Positions 23,121-36,775 of a stretch of DNA of 64,000 nt are shown here, piece after piece; the stretch's first letter is position 1, and every line of letters starts with the position of its first letter. The stretch is from Camelus ferus (Eukaryota). Where the stretch lies: positions 65,722,001 to 65,786,000 of the forward strand of contig NC_045696.1 of assembly GCF_009834535.1 (NCBI RefSeq), written 5' to 3'. Made by a program: the position numbers and the translations under genes. Under the pieces are notes generated by a model that saw nothing but the letters and a program-made list of their open reading frames with translations, was not told the origin of the DNA and made no database searches.

Positions 23121-26100
23121 AGGAGCCCAGGTGATATTTTAAAAGTGCATTTTTCACGTGTTTAAACTCTTCTGTGTCATAGAATTTTAGAAAGGAAGGG
23201 GGCGCTCGTTAGAAATTGTGGAATTTACCCATTGTCAGTAGATGGAGAAAGTCAGACTCAGAGGTAATTAACTTGTCCAGGGGAGAGGAGATGAAGGGGA
23301 GATATAAAATGGATGGAGAGGAGTAGGGGGCAGGAGGAGGCATGGCAGAGGAGTTGTTCCTGGATGGAGAGGGTGCTTTGTGCTGAGGCTTGAGTACTGA
23401 GACATCGATAAGGGAGAGCGGCAACAGCCAGTACAAGCCAACCAAGGCACCAGCAGTTACTGGCAGGTGATGCTAACCATTGCTCCAGAGAGGTGCTGAG
23501 AATTATTTGGAGAAAGGAGAAGGAGGGCTCAGCTAAAAATAGCTCTAATCTTCAGACACATGGGAGTTGGCCTGTGTAGAGACGTGCCCAGGGCTAGGAG
23601 GGAACTTGTGGCTCACCTTTTGTAGCCACATGGACTCCAGATTTACTGAGGGGAGAGGAAGTCCCTAGGAGGCTGAGCAAAAGCTACTGAAGTCAAGACT
23701 GGGATTAGAAGTTTGACTCCAAAGCTGTGTTCCTCCAATGACAGCATTGAACCTAAGCAAAACTTGTCTGGTGGGTAGAGGTCACAGTGGATGAAATATT
23801 GGCAAGGAGATTAAACTAGATGATGTTTGAAGATTAGCCTCAAGATTCCATGATACTCAGTCTTCATTGTCTAATTCAGGGAACACTGACTTGGGAGCTG
23901 CCCCAGGTCAGTGGTGCATTTGGCATCCCTGGCACTTTTAAGTTCTTTCATCTCTTTCAATAACAGCAAAATATTGTTGAGTCCTACTCTGTGCTTAAGC
24001 CTGCCTGAAGCTGCACGACTGCTTAGTGATGGAGTTGGGGTAATATTTTGGGACTGCTTACTTTAAGTTCTGTTCCTTGGAGACAAGCTCAATTAATCTA
24101 ATTTTATTAAACAGATGTTCAAATCATTTACAGTATTTGAATAAGAAGTTAAAATTATAGCCCTGAGATCCCCAAACCTAGTTCACTGAACATATCTGCT
24201 TCTTTATTGCCCATGATTCATTGTGTAAAAATCAGTTTAAAACCCTGAAAAATAACAGGGAGAAGGCAAATGTCCACCTTAAATATCTTACTGAATGAAG
24301 CCACAGTGCAATTCACTTAGAAAGAGAAGATGAATTCATATCTACAGGAGGCTCTCCCTAGAAAAGTTCTATAAGGGTTCTGAAGCATAGTACCAAAGTA
24401 AAGAGAAGACACAAGACGTGCCTGAGGTTTGTGGGGAGACCATTAAACACAGTCCTGTCAATTCTATAGCTTATGTGGGCATTAACATCATCATAAGTCA
24501 CTGTTAAAATTATCTAATTTCTAGGAAGGTAACTTATAAACAAACAGTATTCACATTCCTATCCTAGAGATTCTGATTCAAAGGAGCAATATTTGGTATT
24601 GCTAGACTGAATTTATTGAGTATACACAGCTTCCACCGATCAAAACCTAAAACAAAATTTTAAATTTCTCCTTAAACAGAACTCAGATGTGTGTTTGAGA
24701 TTAACTCTTAATTCACTAACTCCATAGCAAGAACACTTTAAATACTGAAGAAGAGACATGATCTGAGTCTAACCTATGTTAGCAATATCACACTTGCCTA
24801 TTTGAGTTTTATAAGAAGAAAAACAGAGGATAGTGTGGGTTTGAAGAAGGTAGAAGATGGAATTTAGAATTTGATTAATTTAAGGATGTTTCTTAAGTTC
24901 CAGTATTGACAGAAATAAAGATAAGAGAAAACCTTTCTTTTCTACCTGCATTTAAAAAATTAGACCACTTTGTACATTTAAGAATTTCCTAACACTGGAC
25001 ATATTTGATGAAAGCAAAATTAATACATCTAACATACATATAGAATCATTATCCTGCGTTCCCTTTCTCTTTGTTTTGAAACGGAAAATAAAACAAAAAT
25101 AATGTAATAAATATAAAATGCCTGAGCAAGCAATTATCTCCACTCTGCATTACAAATATATCTTAAGAGTTTTTACTCATTTTCAGAGAGGAAAATAGTA
25201 TCAAAAAAGACTCTAATTTTAACAAAATCAAGGTATAATCAAGACATCTAACAAGTATGTGAAAAAAACTTTTTTCAAAAAGTTAAAAGGAAAATAAAAA
25301 AACCTAAATCTTATCAGCTTTTAAATAACTTACCTTGTGAAAAGTCAGGAGATTCTAACTTTAGATTCCTCTCTGTGCAGTTTCTCCCAAACTCAGCTCT
25401 GATGGTGAGTTTTCTCTCTGAGTTTTTATAGTCTCAGTTATACACCCCTTACTCCAATCCCTGCCTCTGCTTTCTCTTACATCATTTCTACAGATTTTCC
25501 ACTGAATATTTTCCCAAGCTTCTCATCAATCTCTCTCTCTCATTCTTTTTTTCTCTCTCTCCCAATCCCTGTCTCTCTCTTGTCCTCTCCTATTCTTCCT
25601 CTCCAAATCTGTTCTATCTATTGCTTTGATCATGGCATTTAAGTAGCAATAGGAGAATGAGCTGTGGAAAATTTAAGTACACATTTATTACAGTGTTCAG
25701 CCTTAGACCCATCACCCCTTCCTGAGGTTTTAGTACAACTTTGATAATTACAAATCACATTTGGGAAATAGGATGCACTAAGATTTGTTTTAAAAATAAG
25801 TCACTAGGGTATTTCAAAGTAAATTTAGGAAGACAAAATCAGAAACCCAACCTGATTTATTGGTGGATACTTTCGACCCTTAAATTAAATGATCATGTAT
25901 GGAAACGGTGAATAGTTTCACCCTAAGTCAGGTGCACAAGCTTGTCAGTGAAACTGACAGCTACTTTGCAATTAACGTTGCTATACTGGGAAGGCTGTCA
26001 CTAAGAAACCTAAAAATACTGAACTGCGGCATGTGGACTACAAATGCAGACGTTGTAATCATTTTTATCTTGCTCTTGTTCTCTGGTACTTTAATTTCCT

Positions 26101-26239
26101 TTTAACCAAAATATTCCTGCCTCTGTCTGAAAGTTTCTTTCATTCCCATTTCCTACTAATCACATTTGCAACATTACAGACATGAATTTAAAAAAATAAG
26201 TTATTAAGTCCAAAAGGTTGTTATATTGTCAGGTCATTA

Positions 26240-26415
26240 TTAGCTCATTTAATTCACCGTTGGATCCCCATTTGATAGATAAGGAAACTGAGGCTAGATA
26301 AGTTAGGTAACTTTGTAAGATCACACAGCTAGGAAGTAGCAGCAGAGCCAGATTTCGAATACAGACTTTCCTAATCCCATATCCAGTCTTTTTCCCACTG
26401 ACTTCATTCTGCCTC
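26240..26415 (-). mobile_element. MIR SINE
   Basis: ccccatttgatagataaggaaactgaggctagataagttaggtaactttgtaagatcacacagctaggaagtagcagcagagccagatttcgaa is a clear MIR core. Confidence 0.9.
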
Positions 26416-27254
26416 ACTATTTAAAAAGCTGGAAAAGAGAACCCAAGTCAGATTATGTTTTTGCACGAATAGAAATACATTTTCTCTTTTAGGTTTTTGC
26501 TTTAAAAGCCATTTAAAATACTGTTCACTAGTGTAGGAACTGTTACATGGTTAATTTAGATCTAGATGGAGAACTGACCAGAGCACACTGAATTGGTGGG
26601 ACAGTAAAATGCTTCATTTTTATGAAGAGTTTCTAGGGATAACATATGTCTCAACAAGCTTGAAATTTGAGTAGTTGGCAGTGATAGTTCACAAGTCAAG
26701 ATAAAAATACAGCCTAATTGTGGATCCTTGTTTAGACATTACTGCCATAAAATGATTATGTTAACTTGAATCCACATGATGGAAAACTCTCAATATAGAC
26801 TTAGCGGACACATTATAATGCTACTAGAAGCCAATCTTCTTGACGTACCTTCTACTCTTATTTGAAACGCAACCCTTAGCATGCTGGCAAGTGATATCTG
26901 TGGCTGATTTATTCCAGATCTGTCCCTGCTTAGACAGTCCAAAGATTCCACCCTATTTGTGGATTTTGTTGACCTAATTCAAAGGTTTGACTTAACTGTT
27001 CTGTAGCAGTAGACATAGCCACAGTTTATTCCAGGAATAAAACCATGGTACATTTAAGCCATTTTACAGACTTCTGCACATTATATACCCCTACGTAAAT
27101 TACTTATGCAATGACACACGATAGAGAAATTCTGTTACTTTAAAGTAGAGGTAAAAGCATATGAAGAAGTAGGAAGAGAAGAGGAACACCCAGTGATAGA
27201 TGGAGAATCTAAGAAGAGAAAGGGAGAAAATATGACTGAAAATTTGTATCATTA

Positions 27255-27410
27255 TTTAATTCTCGTAACAACCTTGCTAAGGGGTATTATTATTTACATA
27301 TAACAGGGTAGAAAACTGAAGCTCAAATACGTGAAGCGGATAGCCCAAGTGCTCAAGCTTAAGAGTAATGAGACCAGGAGTTGAGCCTCACTCTCAGTAT
27401 CAGGATTCTG
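27255..27410 (-). mobile_element. MIR SINE
   Basis: ttaattctcgtaacaaccttgctaaggggtattattatt...aaaactgaagctcaaa. Confidence 0.7.
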
Positions 27411-29797
27411 GCAGGACAAAGATGGCACATTCAAATTGAGTACTTTGAGAAGAAGTTTAATGTGGGCAGGGTGTAGAGGAATCAGAATGGATAGTGCAGA
27501 ACACTGAACCCCCAAGAATAGCCAGGCATTCTTAAGCCTGAAGGGTTAAAGGTGATTACGGGGACCTGGATCTGGGTGGAGAAAGTTCCCTGACAGAGGT
27601 GTGACCTTTCATCAAGGGACACAGCTAGGCAAGAGTGACCTAATTTATGAAATAAACATTTATGAAATAAACAGAGATCTCACTCTGCTTCCCGGATACA
27701 ATCTCCTGTTGTGTTTATCTTTGGTCAAACCCAAGTGATAAAGGACCCAGCTCGTTGTTTAACCTCAAAACTGTGCTAAGAGACATATAAATGAGATTCT
27801 TTGTTATCAAGTCAGGTTTATTGAGGTGTAATTTATATACAAAACCCCACCCTTTTAAAGTGCACAGTTTGATGAGTTTTGACAAATGTGGACAGTATGT
27901 AGCCTCCACTGCCATCAGGATAAAGACCATGCCTACAATCCTCACTCCCAAATTTCCCTCCTGCCCTTTACAGTCAATCCTCTACCCTACCCTCAGGTCC
28001 TGGTAACCACCAATCTGATTTCTGTCCCTATAATTTTGCCTTTTCCAGAAGGCTGTAGGAAATTATACAGTATGTACTCTTTGGTGTCTGGCTTCTTTCA
28101 CTCAGAATAATGCTTCTGAGATTTACCCATGTTGCTAAATGTATCAGCACTTGGTTTCTTGTTGATAATAAGAGTGTTCTATTGGATAGATGTGCCACAA
28201 ATTGCTTATTCACTCACTAGTTGGTGACAATTTGAATTGTTCCCAGTTTTTAGTGATTGTGAATAAAGCGTCCATAAACATTAATATAGGGGTCTTTGAG
28301 TGGATATGTGTTTTCCTTTCACCTGGGCAAATACATAGAAGTGGGATTCCTAGATCACATGGTAAATGCTTGTTTAACTTAGTAGGAAATAGCCAAACTG
28401 ATTTTTAAAGTGGCTCTCCCGTTTTGCAGTCCCACCAGAAATGAATGAGCTTTCTAGATGTTCAGAATCTTTGTTAGCATTTGACATTCATTGCCGTTTC
28501 CAAAAATTCAGCAATTCTAATAAATGCGTACTGGTATCTCACTGTGTTTAACTTGTATCTCCCTAATGACTAATGATGCTGAGAATCTTTTCATTACCGC
28601 TCCTTTGTATATCTTCTTTGGTGATGGGTCTGTTCAAATCTTTTGCTCAATATTCAGTCATGAGAATTCTTTATATACTCTAGATACAAGACTTTTTATT
28701 AGATTTGTGTTTTGCCTTTTTTTCCCATTCTGTAGTTTGTCTTTTTGTTCTCATAGCAGTTTGTTTCACAGAGCAGGCATTTATAATTTTGATGAAGTAC
28801 AATTAGCCAAAAAACAGAGCATGCTTTATGTGCCCTAGGAAATCATTCCCTCACTCAGGTTTGCAAAAATTTTTCTTCTGTTTCCTTCTGTAGAGGTTTT
28901 CAAAATTCTTTCGGCTATTCTTGGTCCTTTACGTTTCCCTACAAATTATAAGATCAGCTTATCAATGTATACAAAAGAGCTAGCTGGGATGTTATTAGGA
29001 AAACTGACATTTTAAAGTATTCTGATATGTGAACACAGTATGTTTCTCTTTTATTTAGATCTTCCACTTCTCTTTACAATGTTTTTAAATTTCAAAAGCA
29101 TACCAATTTTGTACATATTTTGTTAAATGTATCACAAATTATTTAATTTTTTGATGCTATTATAAATGTAGTTTTTAAAATTTCAATTTTCAGGTGAACA
29201 TTCTTCATTTACAAAAATACAATTCATTATTGTGTCTTGATCTTTCATTCTGTGATCTTGGTAAACTTATTTATTGGTTCTAGTGGTTTTTGGTAGATTA
29301 AACAGGATTTTCTATGTGTATAAAATACTTTTGTTTGGTTGGGAAGAAAAACTATTTTGCATCTTCTGTTTCATTCTGTATGTCTCTTATATCTTTGTAA
29401 TTGTCTAGTCTCAGCCAGCTCATTCAGTGCTATATTGAATAGAAGTGGAGAGTGAATATTCCTGACTTGTTCCTGATTTTGGGGTGAAAAAGTCATTCAT
29501 TTTTTCACCATTATGCATGTTGATGTAAGGTTTTTTATAGTTGCCCTTTATCAGGTTGAAGAAGTTCCCTCTGTTATTAGTTTTCTGAAAATCAATTATA
29601 ACTGTGTTTTCTGAGATAAACTCCACTTGATCATGATGTATTGTCCTTTTTCTACATCGCTGGATTTGGAGTACTAATATTTTTTATGGATCTTTATTCA
29701 TGAAGGATATAGGCCTTTCACTTCCTTAAAATATATTTGTCAGCTTTTGGATCAGGGTTGTGGTGGCTCATAGACTGATTGAGAAGAGTCACACCCC

Positions 29798-30137
29798 TGT
29801 CTTAGTCCTTTCAGGCTGCTAAAACAAAAATACCATCGACTGGGAGGCTTAACCAGCATTGTTTTCTCATGCTCTGGAAGCTGGGAAGTGGAAAGTCAAA
29901 GCATCTGCAGATTTGGTGTCTGACGGGGGCTTCCTGGTTCATAGACGATGAACTTCTCAATGTGTCCTGACATAACAGGGAGTGTGGCAGAGTTCTTTTA
30001 AAAGGGCAGTAATTCCATTCCTGAGGGTTCCACTTTCATTATCTAATCACTTCTCAAAGCCCCCACCTGATGCTATCACATTGGGAGTTAGGATATCAAC
30101 ATGTGAATTTGGGGGGACAAACATTCAGCCCACAACA
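29798..30137 (-). mobile_element. MLT1A-like MaLR solo LTR (~340 bp)
   Basis: TG...CA termini; tgtcttagtcctttcaggctgctaaaacaaaaataccatcgactggg...caacatgtgaatttggggggacaaacattcagcccacaaca. Confidence 0.9.
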
Positions 30138-31572
30138 ATCCTTATCTATGTTCTGGAGGAGTTTGTATGGAATTTGAGTTATTTTCTCCTGAAATGTTTG
30201 GTGGAATTTGCCAGTGAAGTCATCTGTGGCATTAGTTGCCTTTTGTGGGCAGGTTTTTAACTAAAATGTCAAATTCTTTAATAGACTTAGGGCTAATCAT
30301 TTTATGTAGTTTTCCTGAGTGTAGTCTCACAGTTTACATCTTTCACATCAAAAGTCCATTGCATTAAATTATTAAATTGAAGTTATTCATATTATTGTAT
30401 TTTTGTTATTTGTACGGTCTGTGGTGATGTCCTCTATTTTATTCTCAATTCTGGTATTCTTTTTCTTCAGTCTTTTTTCTTGATCAGTCATTCTAGAATT
30501 TTATCCATTTTATTTATCTTCTTTAAGAGGCATTTTTATCCTTTTTTATCCTTTTATTTCACTGATTTTGGCTATTTTTTTCTTTCTTTTTTTCTGATTT
30601 GGGTTTAATTTGCTCATCTTTTAAAATTTTCTTAATGTGGATGCTTAGATTATTGGTTATATTCACTTCTTTTCTCCTAATACAGACATTTAGTACTATA
30701 AATTTTCCTCTGAGCACTTCTCTAGCTGTATTTTATACATTTTAATATGCTCTGTTTTCATGTTTTGTTTAATTTGGGTTGCTTTCTAATTTTCTTTAAA
30801 ATTGTGACTATTGGTTATTTAGATATTTGTCATTTAACTTCCAAATACTTGGTGATTTTCCATATATTTTTCTGTTATTGATTCCTAATTTAATTGTTTC
30901 ATTTTCAGGACACATACTTTGTGTTATTTCAATTCTTTGAAATTTGTCAAGATTTATTTTATGGCCAAGAATGTAGTTGTCTACTTTGGTGAAGTTTCAT
31001 GTGGACTTTAAAAAGAATGTGCATTCTATTATTATTGAGTGGAGTGTTCTTTAAATCTCAGCTAAGTTAAGTTGACTGATAATGTTCGAGTCTATATTTT
31101 TAATGATTTTTGTCTGCTTGTTATTTCAATTACTGCGAAAGGCATTCTGATGCCTTTAAGTACATTTTAAAATTTCTTTACTTCTGTTTTCAGTCCTTTT
31201 GGCTTTTGCTTTATGAATGCTTGAGCACTTTATTAGGTGCATATCTTCTTTATCATTATGTAATTTACCTTTTTACCCCTAAAATTCTTTGTTTTGAAGT
31301 TTACCTTGTCTGATATTAATATGTTCATATAGCTTTCTTTTGATTATTGTTGGCATGGTGTATCTTTCCCCACATCCTTTTTCTTTTAGTCAATCTATAC
31401 CGTTATATTTAAAATGTGTTCTTATAGAGAAGGTAGAATGGGTTTCTGTTTTCTTTTCCCCAATCTGACAATCTCTAAATTGTAATTGGTGTGTTTTGAC
31501 CATTTGCATGTAGTATAATTATTGATAAATTTATTTTTTAAGTGATCATCTTAAAAATTGTTTTTCTTTTAG

Positions 31573-31735
31573 GCTGGAGGGTATAGCTCAGTGGTAGAGT
31601 GCATGCTTAGCATGCACAAGATCCTGGTTTCAATCCCCAGTACTTCCATTAAAATAAATTAATAAACCTAATTACTACCCTCCCAAAAATATCTTAAGCA
31701 AAAAGAAATAAATAAAAAATTCTTAAAAAAATTTT
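31573..31735 (+). mobile_element. Vic-1-like SINE, long-tail form
   Basis: ggagggtatagctcagtggtagagtgcatgcttagcatgcacaagatcctggtttcaatccccagtac...cctaattactaccctccc. Confidence 0.95.
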
Positions 31736-32097
31736 TAAAACTTCATCTATTCTTTGTTCCCTATTTCCTCTCATTCTGCTTTATTTTAGATTATTATTTA
31801 TACCTCTGTTTTATTTTTAAGTTTTTGCTATAGGCTCACAGAATGCATCATTATATTGTCACAGCCTTCCTTCAAATCATATTTTTCCACTTCACTTAGA
31901 ATGTAACAATCTTTCAATAGTATAGTTCCATTTTATACCTCTTATCCTTTGGAGTATTATTTGTCACATGTTTTAATTTTCCCTGTTATAAATCCAATTC
32001 ATTTTTCTAGTTTTGCTTTACACTGTTAATAATTTTTAGTGATTAAATCTCTAAAACACTTATATTTACCTACATGTACTGTGGCTGATACTGCTCT

Positions 32098-32142
32098 TTG
32101 TGTGTGTGTGTGTGTGTGCGTGTGTGTGTATTTGTGTGTGTG
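32098..32142. repeat. Imperfect (TG)n microsatellite
   Basis: Read directly from the sequence. Confidence 0.9.
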
Positions 32143-32672
32143 CGTTCATATTTCCAAGTAGCACTATTTTCCTTTTGTTTGGAGAACTTTCTTTAACATT
32201 TCTTACAATGTTTTTGTAAAAGAAACTGCTTAATTCGTCTTCATTTAAAAATTTTATTATTGCTCATGATAGAATACTGCGGTGATAGCTTTTCTTCTTT
32301 TGGTGTTTTAAAGTTAACATTCTATTTTCTTTTGCATTGCGTAGTGTCTGATGGGACATCTGCTATCATCTGTTTGTCTAAGATGTGCTTAGCTGTATTT
32401 TTTCTTTATATTTATCTCGAGGGTTTCTGAGTTTCTTGGTTGTTTTCTTTCATTAATTTTGGGAAAAAGTGGCCATTATCTCTTCAATTTTTTTGTCTTA
32501 TTCTCTTTTTTTCTTCTGTTATTTTAACTACATAATCATTTGATATTGTCCCACACCTGTTGGAAGGTCTGATTTTTTAAATATCTTTTTTTCCTGTAAT
32601 TCAGTTGAAATAGTTTCTATTGATTTAGCTGAAAATTCAGTTTACTGTTTCCATTCTTATTCCAGTCTCTCA

Positions 32673-32674
<2 letters not shown>

Positions 32675-32720
<46 letters not shown>
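32675..32720. repeat. (GT)23 microsatellite
   Basis: Read directly from the sequence. Confidence 0.95.
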
Positions 32721-32723
<3 letters not shown>

Positions 32724-32742
32724 TGTGTAATTTTAGCGTACT

Positions 32743-32839
32743 GGGAGGGGTATATGTGTAGCTTAGTGGTAGAGCACATGCTTAGCATGCATGAGGTCCT
32801 GTGTTCAATCCCCAGTACCTCCATTAAAAAAAAGGAGCT
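32743..32839 (+). mobile_element. Vic-1-like SINE, short-tail form, with 15-bp TSD
   Basis: tagcttagtggtagagcacatgcttagcatgcatgaggtcctgtgttcaatccccagtacctcc. TSD taattttagcgtact (32728-32742) / taattttagcatact (32840-32854). Confidence 0.95.
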
Positions 32840-35469
32840 TAATTTTAGCATACTAAAGGCCTAGCATATGAATGACGATTTCACTTACATCTTGGGCTTC
32901 TGGGAACTCTAAACTCTAATGCAGCCTACACACCTATTTTAAAAATTTGTTAAAATGTCAACTGTTTTTTTGTTCTTAACCACTTTTATGTTGGCTTCCT
33001 CTTCTTAAAATGCCCTACCGAAGGTGAAACAATTTGTGTGCCCTCTCTCCCCTCAAAGAAACTGCGACCATTTGAAATTTATTATCCTTGGTTGTCTATT
33101 GACCTCAACTCCCAGAAGGGATCAAAAAAAGTTCAAAGTTTTGCATAATTTTGTCAAAGTGACATTGTCTTTAACCTTCCTATATACTAAACAGAAGCAC
33201 AAGTCTTCTTCCTTATATATTTTTATGCTTGTTTTGCAGTTATGACAACATTTCAATAACTCCTTTCCATTTATTTTTTCTGGCAACATTGTTTTTATTA
33301 TCATCCCAATTTTGTAGATGTGAGAACGGATTTTAAAGCACTCACCCTATAGAAATAAGATGCAAGGCATGTCTCTTGGCTAAGCCCTACCTTTCCCACT
33401 GCATTTTTCATCTGTATAAATCATCCCTGCAATGATGGAATTCAGAGGTGTGAGAACTGTACCCACAAGCCTCCTCCTATTTTCCCTGGTATTTATCCTG
33501 AAGTGAACCCCTGAAGGTTATATTTCCATATTCTAATCTCCCAATCAGAAGACTGATTTCTGCTTCTGGATTCCATAGGACTCCTCATGTTACTCTGATC
33601 TGCATTGATTTCTGATATATTCCACATACAGGGCACATTGCATTTATGTAGTTGCTGTGGTAGGGGATTTTACAACAGACTGGAGGTTTACAGCGGACCT
33701 TTGGCCAAAGAGCTTAGTTTTCACCTTTATTTTATAGGGCTAGAGCCTCAACTAGGCTTGTTGGCCTTATTTCAAGAACTTTTACAGCCACAGCATTTGC
33801 TGACCCTGATGGAATGCCCTGGCCATTTGATACCTCCACCCTTTACAATCTTCCCTTATTAAGATCATACCCTGCTGGTTCCATTAACTACAGGATTCTA
33901 TCTGCTGAATTCTTACAGTTCAAATCATGGACTTGATCAGTTTAAGAACGTGAAAAAGCAAGGAATGCTGGAAGCCACAGTAGAAGACCAATTGCCATGT
34001 ATTTCCTCAGTTTCATCACACACACACACACAGATTCAGGGACCTCCTGGAGAAAATCACTTGCCTACAATGGTGTACTAATCTAATATGGTAATCACAG
34101 CCTATCAACAAATAGCACTTCAAAACTTACAAATCTGTTTATAATTTATATTACTGCTATAATAATTGTTTTCTTGTTGATACAGGAGTATTCTTAGGTA
34201 ATGGGGCAACTATTATTAACACCATTATACACCACCAACTACTATTAGCACCAAATGCAGAATTGTATTTCCTTGTCCCCTTTGATGTGCAAGGAATTCT
34301 GCTGTGTCTGTGGAACTTGTGGTCCTGCTCTCTAAGAACCTTTATTCAAATAAGGAAGGCAAAATTGAAATGTAAATAACTCCATACTATTCTCTGAGGA
34401 ACTCCACCCTTATTTAGCTCTTGTTTGCATCATTTTCATAGTGTTTCTTTTCCTAATGGAGCTCATGATACTCTGGAAAGTTTTCTACCAATTATCATAT
34501 CAAGTATGTTTGTCTCTCATGTTGAGTCAGAAACTGTTTTATGGTACAGTTATAGGAAAATAGGGGTGGACACTGTGTATTAAGAATAACCATTTTTGAT
34601 TACCTTCTATGAGACAAGTACTTACTATAGGTTTTTTTTTAACAGTCATTGTAATAATCAACATAATTAATTGAGAACTTACCATGTGACAGCATTATTG
34701 TTAAATCTTCAGTTCTATACAGTGAAGGAGAAATGATTATTACCCTCCTTTACCAAAGGAGAAACAAAAACTTAGCTAAAATCAGTAAACTAGTTAGTGG
34801 TAACGCCAAGATTTAAACCAAATTGTTCTGATCTTAAAGCTCATATTTTTAACAATTACACTGTATGGTCACTCCATCTAATCCTAGAAACATTTTACAA
34901 AGTTAAGAATTATCCAAAATTAAATCATGGGGAAACTAGGTTCAGAATATGTTCAAAGCCATGGAGGTATAAATGCGAGAGCTGGGATTTGTGTTCATGA
35001 AGGGCCACTCCAAAACCTTGTATTTACAACTTTCTCAACACCACTTTCCACTCTACTACACCAGTGACATTGAAAGGTCAATGTGACAGCGCCAGCATCC
35101 CTGACATTCCTGGAATGCATCTATTTAGGCCATCAACTTCCATCATTGTGGAGAAGTAGTGTCTCTGTGAATTATATATCCCTGAAATTCATCCCTATGA
35201 ACTTGCACTGTGACGGAGCCTCCGGCATCACAAAATAAATAAATTTTGTTCAATATGCCATAACTAAGGTAAGAAAGCTGGAACTTCTTAAGTAAGTAGG
35301 AAATGCCACTGACAAGGTTATTAAATTCTCTTAAGCATCTAATAAAGCAAAGCATGACTCTAAGTAAAACACCGAGTACAAATCAACAATGGTATGGATG
35401 CCTAAGAACTTTTGACGAAGACATGATATCCAAAGGATGAAGATAATAGTCTATGCTTGTCAGATTGTA

Positions 35470-35870
35470 TCATATTTTGAGAAAGATACAGACAAATCAG
35501 AGTGTCCTGAAATGGGGACTCAGCACAGGGCGGGATCTGGAAGGCAGTTACTCTAAAAATCACTTTGAAGTATGGACTATGTTTAATTTGAAGGGGAGAA
35601 AGAAAACAGTAGAGTCCTAATACTTATCTGGAGTTGTAAAATACAGGAAGGGAGATCTGAAATCAATAGAAATCAAAAGATTCATAAATAACATTTTTAT
35701 TTAGATGTTTTGACAATAGAATTATTTCTCTCAAAGAGCAATTAGCTCCCCCACAACAAAAGGGACTTAGGAAAAGGGATTTCTTGGAGTGTTGAAGGAA
35801 AAGACTGCCACTTCAAAAGGGAGGTTAGATTAGAGAATTGGTAAGGTTCTTCTAAGCTCTGTGATTGTAT
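35470..35870 (+). mobile_element. CR1/L3 LINE 3' remnant
   Basis: ttttgagaaagatacagacaaatcagag, atgtttaatttgaaggggagaaag and the terminus gggaggttagattagag...aaggttcttctaagctctgtgatt resemble an L3/CR1 3' end. Confidence 0.55.
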
Positions 35871-36574
35871 TAACAACCATGAAAAGTAGATGCAAACATA
35901 TTCAAATAGACAAAGAGTGGCTTGTTTAGATAATCTGTCATATATATCAAAGTTATTACCATGTAAAAGTATGAAAATATAAAACACACACCCTGGTGTG
36001 GCTGCCAGACATGTTGGGCAAATCAAAATAAATTTTCATTTGATAATGCTCTTCTTTACCATAAAGTCAATTTACATCTTGCCACCTAAACAAGTACACT
36101 GGCTGAATAAAACATACGTGTAATATGTGACACAATCATTAATCTCTTTTGCTTCAGAATTGATTATCCTATTACATTATATTTGCTCACAAAATTATAC
36201 AATTTTCCAATTCCAATCGGGGTAGACAGGTAGCAGGTATGAACGTAAGTCCTAGTCAGGAGTATTCGTTGTCAGATTTCGCTCTTCCCTCTGAGTATTA
36301 CTTCCAGATATTAAATAATACTGATTTACTCAGACCACAGGCAACCGGTTCTGGAGGGGTAAACTTTTGTTTTCTCAAGCAAAAAAGACGTAGTTTTCTC
36401 TGTCTGTCTTTTTAACAATGAACTCAAACTGAGGAAGGAAAGAGAGAATGAGTTATAAGTGATTTGAAAGTTCTTTAAATTCCAAATTTCTTTTCAAGTT
36501 TCAGGTTAGGAGGCATATTGAAGGATTTATAATTCAATGTTTAGGAATTGGAAATACATTTTAAAATAAATATT

Positions 36575-36775
36575 TAATATTTATTGATTACTCATCCTGA
36601 ACCAAATACTGCTCTAAGGTGTTTTACATGCACCAGTTTATTTAAAATCATCACAATAATCCTATGAAGTTAATTTTAAAATTATATTTATTTTGAAAAT
36701 AGGGAAACTGAGGTATACTCAGGTTAATCGGCAGATTCAGTATGGTCCAGAGGCCAGGTTTCTGGCCATTATTCC
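36575..36775 (-). mobile_element. MIR SINE
   Basis: tatttattgattactc...ctctaaggtgttttacatgc...cacaataatcctatgaag...gggaaactgaggt. Confidence 0.75.

Larger units (their letters stand above)
27813..32650 (-). mobile_element. Long ancient L1 (L1MC/MD-like), heavily degenerate, carrying nested MLT1A and SINE insertions
   Basis: 3' end tttattgaggtgtaatttatatac...ttttaaagtgcacagtttgatgagttttgacaaatgt. ORF 29420..29626(-) GNFFNLIKGNYKKP..NGEKMNDF..KSGTSQ resembles the L1 reverse transcriptase (GNFLNLIKGIYKKPTANIILNGEKL..SGTRQG). T-rich on the + strand throughout. Confidence 0.85.

Noticed and set aside
31573..31650. tRNA-like A/B boxes as a tRNA gene (also the other five copies)
   Set aside because: A-rich tails, TSDs in some copies and divergence between copies show these are SINEs.
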